Of a stretch of 64,000 nucleotides of DNA, positions 42,584 to 53,460 are shown in pieces (the stretch's first letter is position 1; each line of letters begins with the position of its first letter). The DNA is from Dehalococcoidia bacterium (GTDB lineage: Bacteria > Chloroflexota > Dehalococcoidia > GIF9 > UBA5629): the NCBI GenBank assembly GCA_050011565.1, contig JBEKIW010000003.1, forward strand, positions 32,001 through 96,000, given 5' to 3'. The position numbers were made by a program, and so were the translations under genes. The notes beneath the pieces were generated by a model. The model was not told where the DNA came from. It saw only the letters and a program-made list of their open reading frames with translations, and made no database searches.

Positions 42584-42613
42584 GATTCAATTCGCTGACA
42601 GGCGGTCACCTGC

Positions 42614-43783
42614 ATGTTCACCAGCTTTTTTTACACACTAAGAGAAAGAAAAGTACCGGTTTCAATCACGGAGTGGATGACCCTCATGGAGGCTCTATCC
42701 AGAGGTTATATTTCCAGTCTGAACGATTTCTATTATCTCGCACGAGCTATACTGGTCAAAAGCGAGGCTTACTTCGACCACTATGATGTTGCCTTCCAGG
42801 AGTATTTCAAAGGCATCAAAGGCCCGCTGGAAATCTCAGAGGAAATTCTCAACTGGCTCAGGGACCCTTTCAACAGGCTTCTCTTAACCGAAGAGGAGAG
42901 GGCATTGCTGGATAGAATGGATTTGGATGAATTACTTGAGGAGCTTGAGAAAAGACTTCGCGAACAGACAGAGCAACATGATGGAGGCGGCTACTGGATT
43001 GGCAGAGCGGGCACCTCACCTTTCGGACATTCCGGACAGCATCCCTCAGGTTTCAGGATTGGCGGCGGAGGTGGCGGCAGAAGTGCTATTCAAATCGCTG
43101 AGCAAAGGCAATTCCGTAACTACCGCCATGATGTCACGCTCGACATCCGCCAAATCGAAGTCGCCTTAAAAGGGCTGCGTCAATTCAATCGCACAGGACC
43201 GGAGGACGAGCTAGATTTGGACAAGACCATCGATGCTACCGCCAAGAACGCCGGTGACATAGAGATGATCTGGAGAAGAAGCAGAAAGAACAAGGTTAAA
43301 CTGCTTCTTCTTATGGATGTCGGAGGCTCGATGGACCCTTTCGCGCATTTATGCAGCCTGCTCTTCTCGGCGGCACATCGAAGTACGCACTTCAAGGATT
43401 TTCAATATTACTACTTCCACAACTGCGTCTATGACTATGTTTATAAAGACATTGAGCGCCGGGAAGCAATAACTATTGACCACTTGCTGCAGAATATGGA
43501 GCCGGATTACAAGCTGATATTGGTGGGAGATGCCTGGATGGCACCATCGGAGCTAAACAGCGTTTACGGGGCCATCTATTATTATGAACGAAATCGTAAG
43601 CCAGGAATAGTCCGGTTTAAACAAATCGCTGACCATTTCAGCCACTGCGTCTGGCTTAACCCTGAATCAACAACTTACTGGAACGAGCCTACCGTTATGA
43701 TGGTTAGAAAAATCTTCCCCATGTTTGAGCTGACCATCGAAGGTCTTCAGCAAGCCGTTAAAAAGTTAATAGTTAAGCGCTGA
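42614..43783 (+). CDS. VWA domain (CoxE-like) partner of the MoxR ATPase
   Basis: MIDAS motif DVGGSM, FHNC, VGDA.MAP.EL, WLNP. Confidence 0.85.
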   Translation: MFTSFFYTLRERKVPVSITEWMTLMEALSRGYISSLNDFYYLARAILVKSEAYFDHYDVAFQEYFKGIKGPLEISEEILNWLRDPFNRLLLTEEERALLDRMDLDELLEELEKRLREQTEQHDGGGYWIGRAGTSPFGHSGQHPSGFRIGGGGGGRSAIQIAEQRQFRNYRHDVTLDIRQIEVALKGLRQFNRTGPEDELDLDKTIDATAKNAGDIEMIWRRSRKNKVKLLLLMDVGGSMDPFAHLCSLLFSAAHRSTHFKDFQYYYFHNCVYDYVYKDIERREAITIDHLLQNMEPDYKLILVGDAWMAPSELNSVYGAIYYYERNRKPGIVRFKQIADHFSHCVWLNPESTTYWNEPTVMMVRKIFPMFELTIEGLQQAVKKLIVKR

Positions 43784-43840
43784 TTGCCCCCGCTGCAGCA
43801 TATTTATTAACAAAAACCTTCATTACAGGCCTTTTTCTTC

Positions 43841-43869
43841 TGTCATTGCGAGCGAAGCGTGGCAATCTC
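43841..43869. repeat. Family-2 element (half copy)
   Basis: tgtcattgcgagcgaagcgtggcaatctc. Confidence 0.7.
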
Positions 43870-43954
43870 TCCAAGTTTGTTCCACCCACCAATATAACGG
43901 CGACCTTATGGTTCACCTGTAGACAATAGGTAAAGTTGCGGGTATAATCACCCC

Positions 43955-44473
43955 GTGTCTCGGCAGCCCAGACTCTTGATAACCCAGGGAAGAATCAATG
44001 AGGCTATAGCCAAGCTAGCTGCTGAAATCAGGCGAGATTACCGGGGCAAGCAACCAGTTCTAATCGGTATACTTAAAGGTTCATTCGTTTTTATGGCTGA
44101 CCTGGTCCGTGAGCTTGGCCTGCCTGTGGAGGTGGACTTCGTTAAGCTTTCCAGCTACGGTGCAGGTACCAGAACTTCAGGCAAGGTAAAAGTGGTGCAC
44201 GGACTAAAGTCCCCAATAAAAGGCAGAGACGTGTTGATAGTAGAAGACATAGTTGATACCGGCCTGACCGTTTCTTTTCTAATGAGCTACTTACAGAATA
44301 AAAAGCCTGCCTCTTTAAAGCTCTGCGCCCTGGTTGACAAGCCGTCACAACATAAAGTTCCGGTGACCATCGACTACGTCGGTTTCACCGTGCCCGATAA
44401 GTTTGTAGTAGGCTACGGCATCGACTGGAATGAAAAATTTCGCCACCTTCGAGATATATGCATCATTGAGTAA
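43955..44473 (+). CDS. hpt: Hypoxanthine phosphoribosyltransferase
   Basis: LKGSFVFMADL, VLIVEDIVDTG, FVVGYGID motifs. Confidence 0.95.
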   Translation: MSRQPRLLITQGRINEAIAKLAAEIRRDYRGKQPVLIGILKGSFVFMADLVRELGLPVEVDFVKLSSYGAGTRTSGKVKVVHGLKSPIKGRDVLIVEDIVDTGLTVSFLMSYLQNKKPASLKLCALVDKPSQHKVPVTIDYVGFTVPDKFVVGYGIDWNEKFRHLRDICIIE

Positions 44474-44569
44474 GCATATTTGCTCACATTGGGCCAAGAG
44501 GTTTTCACCTCGCATGCAACCACTTTAATAGATAGAATTAGAATGTTATTTGCATCGGAGTAACAGAAT

Positions 44570-46276
44570 ATGAGTTTATCTAAACTGATTTCAGTTGCCC
44601 GCGGAGACGCGCCAGCAGACGTGCTGCTCAAGAACGCCAAAATAATAAATACTTTCGTCGGCATAATAGAAGAGGGCAACGTGGCTATCTACGGCGACAG
44701 AATTGCTGGAATCGGTAACTATGTTAAAGCTAAAGAGACGATAGATATAAAGGGTGGCTATCTGGCTCCGGGGCTAATTGACGGCCACACTCATATAGAA
44801 AGCTCAATGCTCCATCCTGCCCATTACGCGCACGCCGTAGTTCCCAGAGGGATTTCTACGGTAGTCACGGACCTGCACGAAATAACCAACGTAGCTGGAT
44901 TTGACGGTATTAAATTTGTAATGGACTGGGCAAAGAAGCTGCCTGTGGACATATTCCTAATGGCACCCTCATGTGTACCGGCAACACATATGGAAACTAG
45001 CGGCGCCGAAATAACCTCCGAAGGAATCAAAAAGGCTTTAAAAATGCAAAATGTCATCGGACTTGGCGAAATGATGAATTTCCCAGGCGTTATCCACAGT
45101 GACAGAGAGGTTCTAAAAAAGATATCTGCTGCCCAGGGTAAAGTCATTGACGGACATACACCTGACGTGACCAATAAACATTTGAATGCCTATATAGCCG
45201 CCGGCATCTACTCAGACCACGAATCAACTGCTACAGAAGAAGGCAGAGAAAAGCTAAGGCGCGGAATGCACCTGATGATACGGGAAGGCTCTTCTGAGAA
45301 AAATCTGGACGCCCTATTACCCTTGGTTAACGACAAGACTTATAAGCGGTGTTTTTTCGTCGTCGATGACCGCAGTTGTTCTGATTTACTTCGCGACGGC
45401 GACGTAGATGATGTTGTCAGAAAAGCAATTCAAAAAGGCCTCGAGCCTATAAGGGCCATACAAATGGCAACTCTAAATACCGCTGAATATTTCAGGCTGT
45501 ACGACCGGGGAGGCATTGCTCCCGGCTACGTGGCTAACCTGATGACCTTTGCCGACCTGCCACAACTGAATGCAGATATGGTCTTCTATAAAGGCCGCCT
45601 GGTAGCTAAAAAGGGCAAATACCTCGGACCCGTGTTAAAAACCTCGGCTGTTGAGCTAGCCGATACGGTCCGCATCAAGCCTTTCGATACAGAAGCGCTG
45701 AAATTAACCGCCAGCGGGAGAAGTCTTCCGGTTATCGAAATCATCCCCGGCCAGATACTGACCAAGAAAAGAATCGAGAGAATGAAAATCAAAGATGGCG
45801 TGGTGACACCTGACCTGGATGAAGATGTATTGAAGCTGGTAGTTGTCGAGAGGCACAAGGCAAGTGGCCGTATTGGCTTGGGGCTGGTTAAAGGATTCGG
45901 CTTAAAACGAGGTGCGATAGCCTCTTCTATCGCCCACGACTCACACAATATAGTGGCAGTCGGCACAAACGACCTGGATATTTTCAGGTCAATAAAAGAA
46001 ATAGAAAGACTAAAAGGCGGGTTGGTGGTGTGTATAGATGGCAAAATAGCGGCAGCTTTGCCTCTACCTATCGCCGGTCTACTTTCACCGGAGCCTTTGG
46101 AAGCTGTGGTGAAAAAATTTAACAATGTCGAAAAAACAGCGTCTACGCTTGGAAATGTCCCGCCGGCTGTGTTTGCGCTTCTTTCTTTCACAGCTTTGCC
46201 TGTAATACCTGAACTTAGATTAACCGATATGGGGCTGGTAGACGTAATAGAATTCAAGTTGATTAACACCTCGTGA
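44570..46276 (+). CDS. ade: Adenine deaminase
   Basis: DGHTHIESSM, PSCVPAT, GEMMNFPGV, REGS, HDSHN motifs. Confidence 0.95.
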   Translation: MSLSKLISVARGDAPADVLLKNAKIINTFVGIIEEGNVAIYGDRIAGIGNYVKAKETIDIKGGYLAPGLIDGHTHIESSMLHPAHYAHAVVPRGISTVVTDLHEITNVAGFDGIKFVMDWAKKLPVDIFLMAPSCVPATHMETSGAEITSEGIKKALKMQNVIGLGEMMNFPGVIHSDREVLKKISAAQGKVIDGHTPDVTNKHLNAYIAAGIYSDHESTATEEGREKLRRGMHLMIREGSSEKNLDALLPLVNDKTYKRCFFVVDDRSCSDLLRDGDVDDVVRKAIQKGLEPIRAIQMATLNTAEYFRLYDRGGIAPGYVANLMTFADLPQLNADMVFYKGRLVAKKGKYLGPVLKTSAVELADTVRIKPFDTEALKLTASGRSLPVIEIIPGQILTKKRIERMKIKDGVVTPDLDEDVLKLVVVERHKASGRIGLGLVKGFGLKRGAIASSIAHDSHNIVAVGTNDLDIFRSIKEIERLKGGLVVCIDGKIAAALPLPIAGLLSPEPLEAVVKKFNNVEKTASTLGNVPPAVFALLSFTALPVIPELRLTDMGLVDVIEFKLINTS

Positions 46277-46335
46277 AAATCCGTAGCCATTTCATGAGTT
46301 TCGGGCTAACTTTTAAAATAACGGAGGTGCAGGCA

Positions 46336-47295
46336 ATGAAAAAAACAAGACTTTGTGAACTACTCGGCATTGAATACCCGATAATTCAGGGCGGTATGGT
46401 ATGGATTGCCAATGCTGAATTAGCTGCGGCAGTTTCCAATGCCGGCGGCTTGGGCTTAATCAGTCCCAATGCCGGTATGAGTCATAATGGCGACCAGGTG
46501 GAAAATCTAAAGAAGCAAATAGAAATAGCCAAGGGTCTAACTTCCAAACCATTCGGGGTCAATTTACCCATATTAAACAACCCCCAGATTGAGGCGCTCG
46601 TCGACGCGGTTATTAAGGCTAAAGTGAAAGTCGTGGCCACAGCCGCCGGCAATCCAGCCCTGTACACCAGCCGCTTCAAAGAAGCCGGAATAAAAGTCCT
46701 ACATCTGGTAGCGGCTGTAAGACATGCCCAGAGTGCGGAAAGACGCGGTGTAGATGCGGTTATCGCTGAAGGCTATGAGGCGGGCGGTCACAACGGCCTT
46801 GATGAGCTGACCACATTGACTCTGGTGCCGCAGGTCGCGGACGCGGTGTCAATTCCGGTAGTGGCTGCCGGAGGCATCGCCGATGCCAGGGGCCTAGTGG
46901 CCGCGCTGGCATTAGGAGCCGACGGTGTTCAGATGGGCACTCGCTTTGTGGCCACTCGTGAGTGTGCCGCCCACCAGAATTTCAAAGATGCTATAGTAAA
47001 AGCTACAGATACCGACACAGCGATTACAGGCAGGAAACTTGGACCAACCAGAATACTAAAGAACGAGATAGCCACCAAGCTGCTCGATATGGAGGCGGCT
47101 GGAGCTTCGGCTGAAGAGCTTCAAGCTTTTATCGGCAGCAGCCGGTCACGGACAGGACAATTTGAAGGCGACCTTGCCAACGGTGAAGCTTATTGTGGTT
47201 CCATAGCCGGTATGATAAAGGAAATAAAAAGCGTCGCTGAAGTAATTCAAAGCATCGTTGAGAACTACGATAAAGTATTGGCCCGCTTGAGATAA
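46336..47295 (+). CDS. Nitronate monooxygenase / FabK-like flavoprotein
   Basis: YPIIQGGM, EGYEAGGH, AAGGIAD.RG, GVQMGTRF; GGAGG upstream of ATG 46336. Confidence 0.88.
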   Translation: MKKTRLCELLGIEYPIIQGGMVWIANAELAAAVSNAGGLGLISPNAGMSHNGDQVENLKKQIEIAKGLTSKPFGVNLPILNNPQIEALVDAVIKAKVKVVATAAGNPALYTSRFKEAGIKVLHLVAAVRHAQSAERRGVDAVIAEGYEAGGHNGLDELTTLTLVPQVADAVSIPVVAAGGIADARGLVAALALGADGVQMGTRFVATRECAAHQNFKDAIVKATDTDTAITGRKLGPTRILKNEIATKLLDMEAAGASAEELQAFIGSSRSRTGQFEGDLANGEAYCGSIAGMIKEIKSVAEVIQSIVENYDKVLARLR

Positions 47296-47406
47296 TAGAG
47301 ATTGTTAAAACCGGCTTTACACCAGAAACCTGGTTCAATTCTAATAGATTGCAAACTCAGACGGCACGTAGAACTACTATGGTTTTATAATTATGAATAA
47401 GCAAGC

Positions 47407-47799
47407 TCAGCCGGCTTTTTCTGCCCTGGCTCGGGTACTTCGCGCCAATACTCTGATAGCCTCCATCAAGTCCTGACGCCGGCAATCTTTGGTCAGATAC
47501 CAACTGGCACCAGCATCGAGCGCAGCCCCCACGTAATCACCATAGACCGTAAGAAACAGAATCTTAACTTCAGGTTGGCCTCGTTTTATGCGACGGGTTG
47601 CCTCTGTGCCATCTATGCCCGGCATGTGGGCGTCCATCAAAATAACATCTGGAATCAGTTTTTCCGCTTTTGCCACAGCCTCCAGGCCATCCGTAGCCTC
47701 GCCAATCACATCTATGTCAGACTGGGGCTCAAGTATACTTTTCAGCCCCTCTCTTACTACTTCATTATCATCGACTATGAGTACTCTAATCTTTTCCAT
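47407..47799 (-). CDS. Stand-alone response regulator receiver domain
   Basis: IVDD, LMDAHMP, YLTKD; no output domain. Confidence 0.85.
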   Translation of the reverse strand: MEKIRVLIVDDNEVVREGLKSILEPQSDIDVIGEATDGLEAVAKAEKLIPDVILMDAHMPGIDGTEATRRIKRGQPEVKILFLTVYGDYVGAALDAGASWYLTKDCRRQDLMEAIRVLARSTRARAEKAG

Positions 47800-47960
47800 T
47801 CTATCTCCTGTATCCGGTCGCGAATCTTCTTTATCTAGTTCTAAGTTTACCGCCTCAATTCGGTTATATAATCGGGAGTATGGCTGGTTTCAACTGGGCA
47901 AAAAGGTGGAGTTTAAATCTCAACCTTTTCTCCGATATCCGGTAGTACTTTAGTATGACT

Positions 47961-48605
47961 CTAAAGGCGGATTATGCCCTTCTTTAAAGCTTGAGTTACG
48001 GCTTCGGTACGGTCATTCACTCCCAGTTTTTGAAAGATATTAGTAATATGCGTTTTAACCGTACTCTGGGCAATATTAAGTTCCGCGCTAATCTCTTTAT
48101 TTGCCGCACCTTTGGCCACGAGGCATAATACTTCCAGCTCTCGCTCAGAAAGCTCATCACCGGACGGCGTCCGGCGGGACAGTTGGGAGAACCGGTCAAG
48201 CAGCTTTGATGCTACTACCGGCTGGATAAGTGACTCACCCCGATAAACAGACCTTATGGCTTTAAACAAATCCTCTCTCGGGGCATCCTTAAGGAGATAA
48301 GCCCGCGCGCCAGCCTCTATGCCGCTAAATATATAGTCGTCATCGCTGTAAGTAGTCAGGATTATAAATTTGACATCAGGCATAGTCGGGCGAATCTGCC
48401 TCATAGCTTCGACGCCGTCCATCTCCGGCATTCGGAGGTCCATCAGCACCACGTCCGGGCTTAATTCCTTGGCCTTATTCACTGCTTCTACTCCGTCCTT
48501 AGCTTCACCAACCACCTTAAAGTCACCCTCCCGGCTCAGCATGGCAATCAATCCTTCTCTTACTACCGGATGGTCATCAGCAATCAAAATCTTTATAGCT
48601 TCCAC
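47961..48605 (-). CDS. NarL/LuxR-family response regulator
   Basis: ADDHP, MDLRMP, LSERELEVL...TVKTH motifs. Confidence 0.93.
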   Translation of the reverse strand: MEAIKILIADDHPVVREGLIAMLSREGDFKVVGEAKDGVEAVNKAKELSPDVVLMDLRMPEMDGVEAMRQIRPTMPDVKFIILTTYSDDDYIFSGIEAGARAYLLKDAPREDLFKAIRSVYRGESLIQPVVASKLLDRFSQLSRRTPSGDELSERELEVLCLVAKGAANKEISAELNIAQSTVKTHITNIFQKLGVNDRTEAVTQALKKGIIRL

Positions 48606-50761
48606 TACGAAACCTCCTTGCCGGTAGGAATAACTATCTTCACCAGCGTCCCTTTGCCTCTTTGGCTTTGCACTTCAAACGTACCCCCTAAGCCCCGGGC
48701 CCGTTCCCGCATACTTATCAAACCGAAAGTATCACGTTTCTTCTCTCCCTTATCTCCATCATCCGATACTTTATGTTTGAAGCCAACGCCGTTATCTCGA
48801 ACGGTGAGTTCCGCCGCTGATTCATTAAAAGTGAGATTTACCTCTACTTCAGTAGCTTTGGCATGCTTTCTTACATTGGTCATGGACTCCTGGAAAATGC
48901 GAAGAATGCCGGCTTCCAGCTCAGGCGGCAAGTCACGCCTGTCACCCATAATATTGAATTTCACAATCACACCTGTGCTCTGGCTGAATCTGTCTACCTC
49001 TTGTTTAATCGCATCAGCTAAGGGCCGTTGTTCTAGAGCCTCTGGGCGTAAGTTCCATACCGAGCGTCTCGCCTCAGCTAGGCTTTTTCTAGCTAGATTT
49101 CGAGCCTGGTTTAAATGGCGCTGTAACGCCGGCAAATCACTACCTAATGCTTGTTCTGCTGCCTCAAGCTGCAAAATAATGCCGCTGAACCCTTGAGCCA
49201 GCGTGTCATGAATCTCCCTGGCCATGCGGTTACGTTCTTCCATCACTGCCATTTGCCGTGTCTCATCATACAGACGTGCATTGTCGATAGCCACCGCCAG
49301 TTGGTCAGCCAGCGTCTGGGCAGTATACAAATCAGCTTCACCAAAAGCATCGACGTCGGTGCTCTCGATATCGAGAACTCCAATAACATTGTTTCCCATC
49401 TTCACCGGCACAGCAAGCTCAGACCTGGTGTCTCTTAACGCCTCGACGGCACGATACCTCGGGTTCTCACTTACATCATTGGCTAAAATAGGTTCACCTG
49501 TCTGGGCTACCCAACCAACAATGCTCTCTTCATCCACCTCCAGAGGTACTCCGACGGGTATAACGCTTTTCTGTCCGCTTAAACACAGCGCTTTAAGGGC
49601 CAGTGTACCGGAAGAGGGCTCCAATAAATATATGTTGACATTATAGAAGTGAAAGGTCTCACGGAGTAAGTTGCCCACATAAGGGAGCAGCTCATCGAGT
49701 TTAACAATAGAGCTAATCTTGCGGCTAACTTCGTTTACGGTACGCAGTTGTTCCGCTCTCTGACGCTCCTGCTTGGTTCTCTCAGCAACCTTCAGTTCCA
49801 GACCCGTGTAAGATTCTTTTAGTGCCTTAGCCATATTGTTGAATTGTTCCGCCAACTGCTGGATTTCATCTCCAGTCTCGGCCTTAATGTTATAGTCGAG
49901 TTCGCCCCTGGCTATGACTTCAGCACCCTTAGTGAGCGCCAGTATCGGTCGGGTAATGGCTCCCGATAGTAAAAATATCACCGCGGTAGCCAGAAGAATC
50001 ATGCCACCGAAAACGCCAGTGAAAATCCACTGCGTTTTCTGTACCTGCTCATTTATATAGTCATTGGTCGCCTTGATCGTGGAGTTAATATGGGACTCCA
50101 GCTCTTCGGCTGGAGCCGAGTACTCGTCGATGTAGGTAGCTGCAGCTACTACAAGATTCATGCCCTTAACGGGTATACAATGCATATATTTTGTCCTTAC
50201 GTTCCCTTTTTCATCTTTCCAGTCGTAATAGCCTGATGCTTCCCCCTTAAAGCTCCTCTCTACAATAGAGGCAAAGGATACAGGTTCACCACCCACTTTA
50301 AGCAAGTTAACGCCGAGCAGCTTGGGGTCCACATCGAAATAGACGGTGCCGGTATTATCATAGACGAATGTTGAACCAGTTTGCCCTACGGTCTGCACCG
50401 CTATCTCGCGCAATGTGTCATTCGCCTTCAGTTCGGAGGTGCTTAAGGAGGGATGATACTGCATGAAAAGCCCTATCTCATCGGCAACATATAACGCACG
50501 CCGTTGTATTAGAGTCCGGCCCAGGTCTTCCAGAGCGGAGATGCTCTGACGCGCAACTTCTTCTCCCATACTCGTACTATTCAGCTTGACTAGAGAGCTG
50601 ACCTGATATATGGTACGAAACGCCAGCAAGCTTATGACGCCCAGCGAGATTAAAGACAAGGCCAAAAAAAAGATAAGAATTTTAGATCTTATGCCGAGCC
50701 GCACCTTAATTTTACTTTCCCAACCTCCAAACGCTCTTCTGTTTTTTACTCCGCTTGCCAT
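48605..50761 (-). CDS. Sensor histidine kinase (Cache-like, HAMP, GAF, HisKA_3, HATPase)
   Basis: EERNRMAREIHDTLAQ, QESMTN..KHA, DNGVGF, GL.SMRER motifs. Confidence 0.92.
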   Translation of the reverse strand: MASGVKNRRAFGGWESKIKVRLGIRSKILIFFLALSLISLGVISLLAFRTIYQVSSLVKLNSTSMGEEVARQSISALEDLGRTLIQRRALYVADEIGLFMQYHPSLSTSELKANDTLREIAVQTVGQTGSTFVYDNTGTVYFDVDPKLLGVNLLKVGGEPVSFASIVERSFKGEASGYYDWKDEKGNVRTKYMHCIPVKGMNLVVAAATYIDEYSAPAEELESHINSTIKATNDYINEQVQKTQWIFTGVFGGMILLATAVIFLLSGAITRPILALTKGAEVIARGELDYNIKAETGDEIQQLAEQFNNMAKALKESYTGLELKVAERTKQERQRAEQLRTVNEVSRKISSIVKLDELLPYVGNLLRETFHFYNVNIYLLEPSSGTLALKALCLSGQKSVIPVGVPLEVDEESIVGWVAQTGEPILANDVSENPRYRAVEALRDTRSELAVPVKMGNNVIGVLDIESTDVDAFGEADLYTAQTLADQLAVAIDNARLYDETRQMAVMEERNRMAREIHDTLAQGFSGIILQLEAAEQALGSDLPALQRHLNQARNLARKSLAEARRSVWNLRPEALEQRPLADAIKQEVDRFSQSTGVIVKFNIMGDRRDLPPELEAGILRIFQESMTNVRKHAKATEVEVNLTFNESAAELTVRDNGVGFKHKVSDDGDKGEKKRDTFGLISMRERARGLGGTFEVQSQRGKGTLVKIVIPTGKEVS

Positions 50762-51972
50762 ATCAACTTTTCTCCATATTCAAGTAAAACTTTCTGGCGT
50801 TCATCTCGTACTTTCTTAGTATCCAGGTATCTCTTTAGAGCTTCAATGGGGCTCAATCTCTGGCTGGTCAATTCACCCAACCTGAGACGTGCCTCCTGCC
50901 TTACTTCTTTGGCAATGACGGCGCAGTGAGCTGCTTTGAGAGCCTTGTTTATCTCTACTTCCCGAACAGAAGCTTCCAGAGCGGCAGGCAAGCTTATGTG
51001 AACCCTGACTACAGCATTTTCGATAGCCGCATGCTGCTGAGCAATAGCATTCAAAACAGTACCGGTTGGGTCTGCATCTTCAATAGCTATATCCACAGCC
51101 ACAGTTACGAAGCGCCGGGCATTAACTTCATGGAACTCATAGGTTACGCGCTTTTCTTTACCTCTCATTTCCACATCAACCACATAGAAACCTTTATCTT
51201 CATCTTCGTCGCCGAAGTCGAAACGCTCCAGACTGCCGGCATAAACAACAGGTGGGTTTTGAAGTAAAACCTGGTGTCGGTGGATATGTCCCAAAGCGAC
51301 GTAGTCAAAAACAGGCAGAGCCACATTTCCCAGCAACAAAACAGGGTCCCTCCCCACCACCATACTTCTCTCCGACCCAGGTTTAGCTGTCGACACCGCT
51401 ACGTGAGCAGCCAGCAATGCCGGCAAGCCCGGGTCAAGTTCTGGAATAAGGTCTAACAGCCTGCGAGTCATTATTTCCTGAAGCCGGTCATTTGCCTGCT
51501 CTATGCTGAGATTTTTCGCTTCTTCCCGACTGAGCAATGCACTTCGCTTAAGCCAGGGCAAAGCCACTATCTGAACATTACCCTTTTTAGTCGGTATACG
51601 GTAAATATCCGGTCGGTTGCCGACATAAATATGGTTGACAGACAATATATCGAAAATCTCCACAGCGTTAGCTCGACCAATTGCGTTGGGCAGGTCATGA
51701 TTGCCTACCAATAAGAAAACGGCGATTCCGTTTTCTGATAGCCGTCTGAGCCGTTTGGCAAATTCTCGCTGTTGAGTCTGGGAAGGGTCACGATTCTTGT
51801 AAGCATCTCCACAAAACAGAACCAGGTCAACACCATTACCCACCGCATACTCCACTACCTCGTCCAGAGCGTTCAGGACATCAATCAACCTCGTCGATAA
51901 TCCCGTAGCCGGGTCAACACCACCATAAGTCTCCATGCCCAGATGGAGGTCAGCAAAATGAAGAATCTTCAT
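50746..51972 (-). CDS. sbcD: SbcD/Mre11-family exonuclease subunit
   Basis: ADLHLG, GD, GNHD, ALGHIH, YAGSLE; ATGA overlap with the glyQS stop. Confidence 0.88.
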   Translation of the reverse strand: MKILHFADLHLGMETYGGVDPATGLSTRLIDVLNALDEVVEYAVGNGVDLVLFCGDAYKNRDPSQTQQREFAKRLRRLSENGIAVFLLVGNHDLPNAIGRANAVEIFDILSVNHIYVGNRPDIYRIPTKKGNVQIVALPWLKRSALLSREEAKNLSIEQANDRLQEIMTRRLLDLIPELDPGLPALLAAHVAVSTAKPGSERSMVVGRDPVLLLGNVALPVFDYVALGHIHRHQVLLQNPPVVYAGSLERFDFGDEDEDKGFYVVDVEMRGKEKRVTYEFHEVNARRFVTVAVDIAIEDADPTGTVLNAIAQQHAAIENAVVRVHISLPAALEASVREVEINKALKAAHCAVIAKEVRQEARLRLGELTSQRLSPIEALKRYLDTKKVRDERQKVLLEYGEKLIWQAE

Positions 51973-53339
51973 TGTTCTACAGCATCGGACGCTCTGGTTG
52001 CCCACAAAGGCTGCGTGTCAAAAGCTTCGCCGCTTAACTTCGCCTGCAAAATTTTAACTGAGTCTTTTATCGGTAATCTAATCTGCGCCAGGCTATCGCG
52101 CTCCCGAATAGTAATCTGATTGTCCTCGAGCGACTTAAAATCCACGGTAACGCAGAAGGGAGTACCGACTTCGTCCTGACGTCGATAACGCCGACCAATG
52201 CTCTGGGCATCATCATATTGCGTCACAAAATGTCGACGAAGTTCAGCATATACCTCCCTGGCTAGCGGCGCCAGCTTCTCATTTCTGCTCAACGGCAAAA
52301 CAGCCACTTTGATTGGAGCCAGCTCACGGTGAAGACGCAAAACCACTCTCGTTTCTCCATCAGCTAAGTCCTCATCATAAGCATCCACTAGAAACGCCAG
52401 CAGTGAGCGGTCGACTCCCGCCGAAGGCTCGATAACATAGGGCACGTAGCGCTCACCGGAATCTTCATCGAAATAACTCAAATTTTTGCCGCTGTGTTTA
52501 GCATGTTGCACCAGGTCGAAGTCACCCCTGTTGGCTATACCCTCCAGCTCAGCCCACCCCATAGGGAAAAGATATTCGACGTCAAAGCAGCCCTTGGCAT
52601 AATGGGCCAGTTCTTCATCGCAGTGCCGGCGTAGACGCAGATTGTCCTGTTTGATTCCAAGCTTTAGGTACCACTCAAAGCGCTCCTTCACCCAATAATT
52701 GAACCATTCCTCGTCGGTTCCCGGCTTAACGAAGAACTCAATCTCCATCTGCTCAAACTCTCTAGTCCGGAAAATAAAATTACCGGTCGTGATTTCATTG
52801 CGGAAGGATTTGCCTATTTGAGCAATGCCAAAGGGCAGCTTTTTCCTGGAAGTAGCCAGCACATTGTCGAAGTTAACGAAAATACCCTGAGCTGTTTCCG
52901 GTCGCAGATATACGACACTGGCATCATCTTCCACCGGTCCCATGAACGTCTTGAACATTAAATTGAATTGCTTTGGCTCCGTCAGAGCGCCGCCGCAATC
53001 GGGACAAACATTTCCAATTAAGTCGGTAGCTCGCCGTCTAAGGTGACAGGACTTACATTCCACCAACGGGTCGGAAAAGTTCTCCACGTGGCCGCTGGCG
53101 ACCCACGTCTGGGGATGCATAATTATGCTGGCATCCAAACCAACCATATCATCCCGTTCTTGAACTACTGCCCGCCACCAGGTGTTTTTAACATTTCTCT
53201 TTAGTTCGGCCCCCAGCGGCCCATAATCCCAACTGCTGCCCAGGCCACCATAAATTTCGCTGCTCGGGAAAATAAAACCACGCCGCTTACACAGCGAGAC
53301 GATTTTTTCCATATCTACTTTGCTTTTTTCCTCAGGCAA
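51969..53339 (-). CDS. glyQS: Glycine--tRNA ligase (alpha2 type)
   Basis: [36 protein letters not shown] motifs. Confidence 0.96.
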   Translation of the reverse strand: MPEEKSKVDMEKIVSLCKRRGFIFPSSEIYGGLGSSWDYGPLGAELKRNVKNTWWRAVVQERDDMVGLDASIIMHPQTWVASGHVENFSDPLVECKSCHLRRRATDLIGNVCPDCGGALTEPKQFNLMFKTFMGPVEDDASVVYLRPETAQGIFVNFDNVLATSRKKLPFGIAQIGKSFRNEITTGNFIFRTREFEQMEIEFFVKPGTDEEWFNYWVKERFEWYLKLGIKQDNLRLRRHCDEELAHYAKGCFDVEYLFPMGWAELEGIANRGDFDLVQHAKHSGKNLSYFDEDSGERYVPYVIEPSAGVDRSLLAFLVDAYDEDLADGETRVVLRLHRELAPIKVAVLPLSRNEKLAPLAREVYAELRRHFVTQYDDAQSIGRRYRRQDEVGTPFCVTVDFKSLEDNQITIRERDSLAQIRLPIKDSVKILQAKLSGEAFDTQPLWATRASDAVEQ

Positions 53340-53460
53340 TTAAATATCCTCCGAAGCTTACCCAAGCTTAGCAACTTTATGTCCGAGTGTCAAAAACCCC
53401 CAAGTGATGTTTTTACGTAATTGTGTTAGAATCAAAACATACTGGCATTACATAAGCCTA

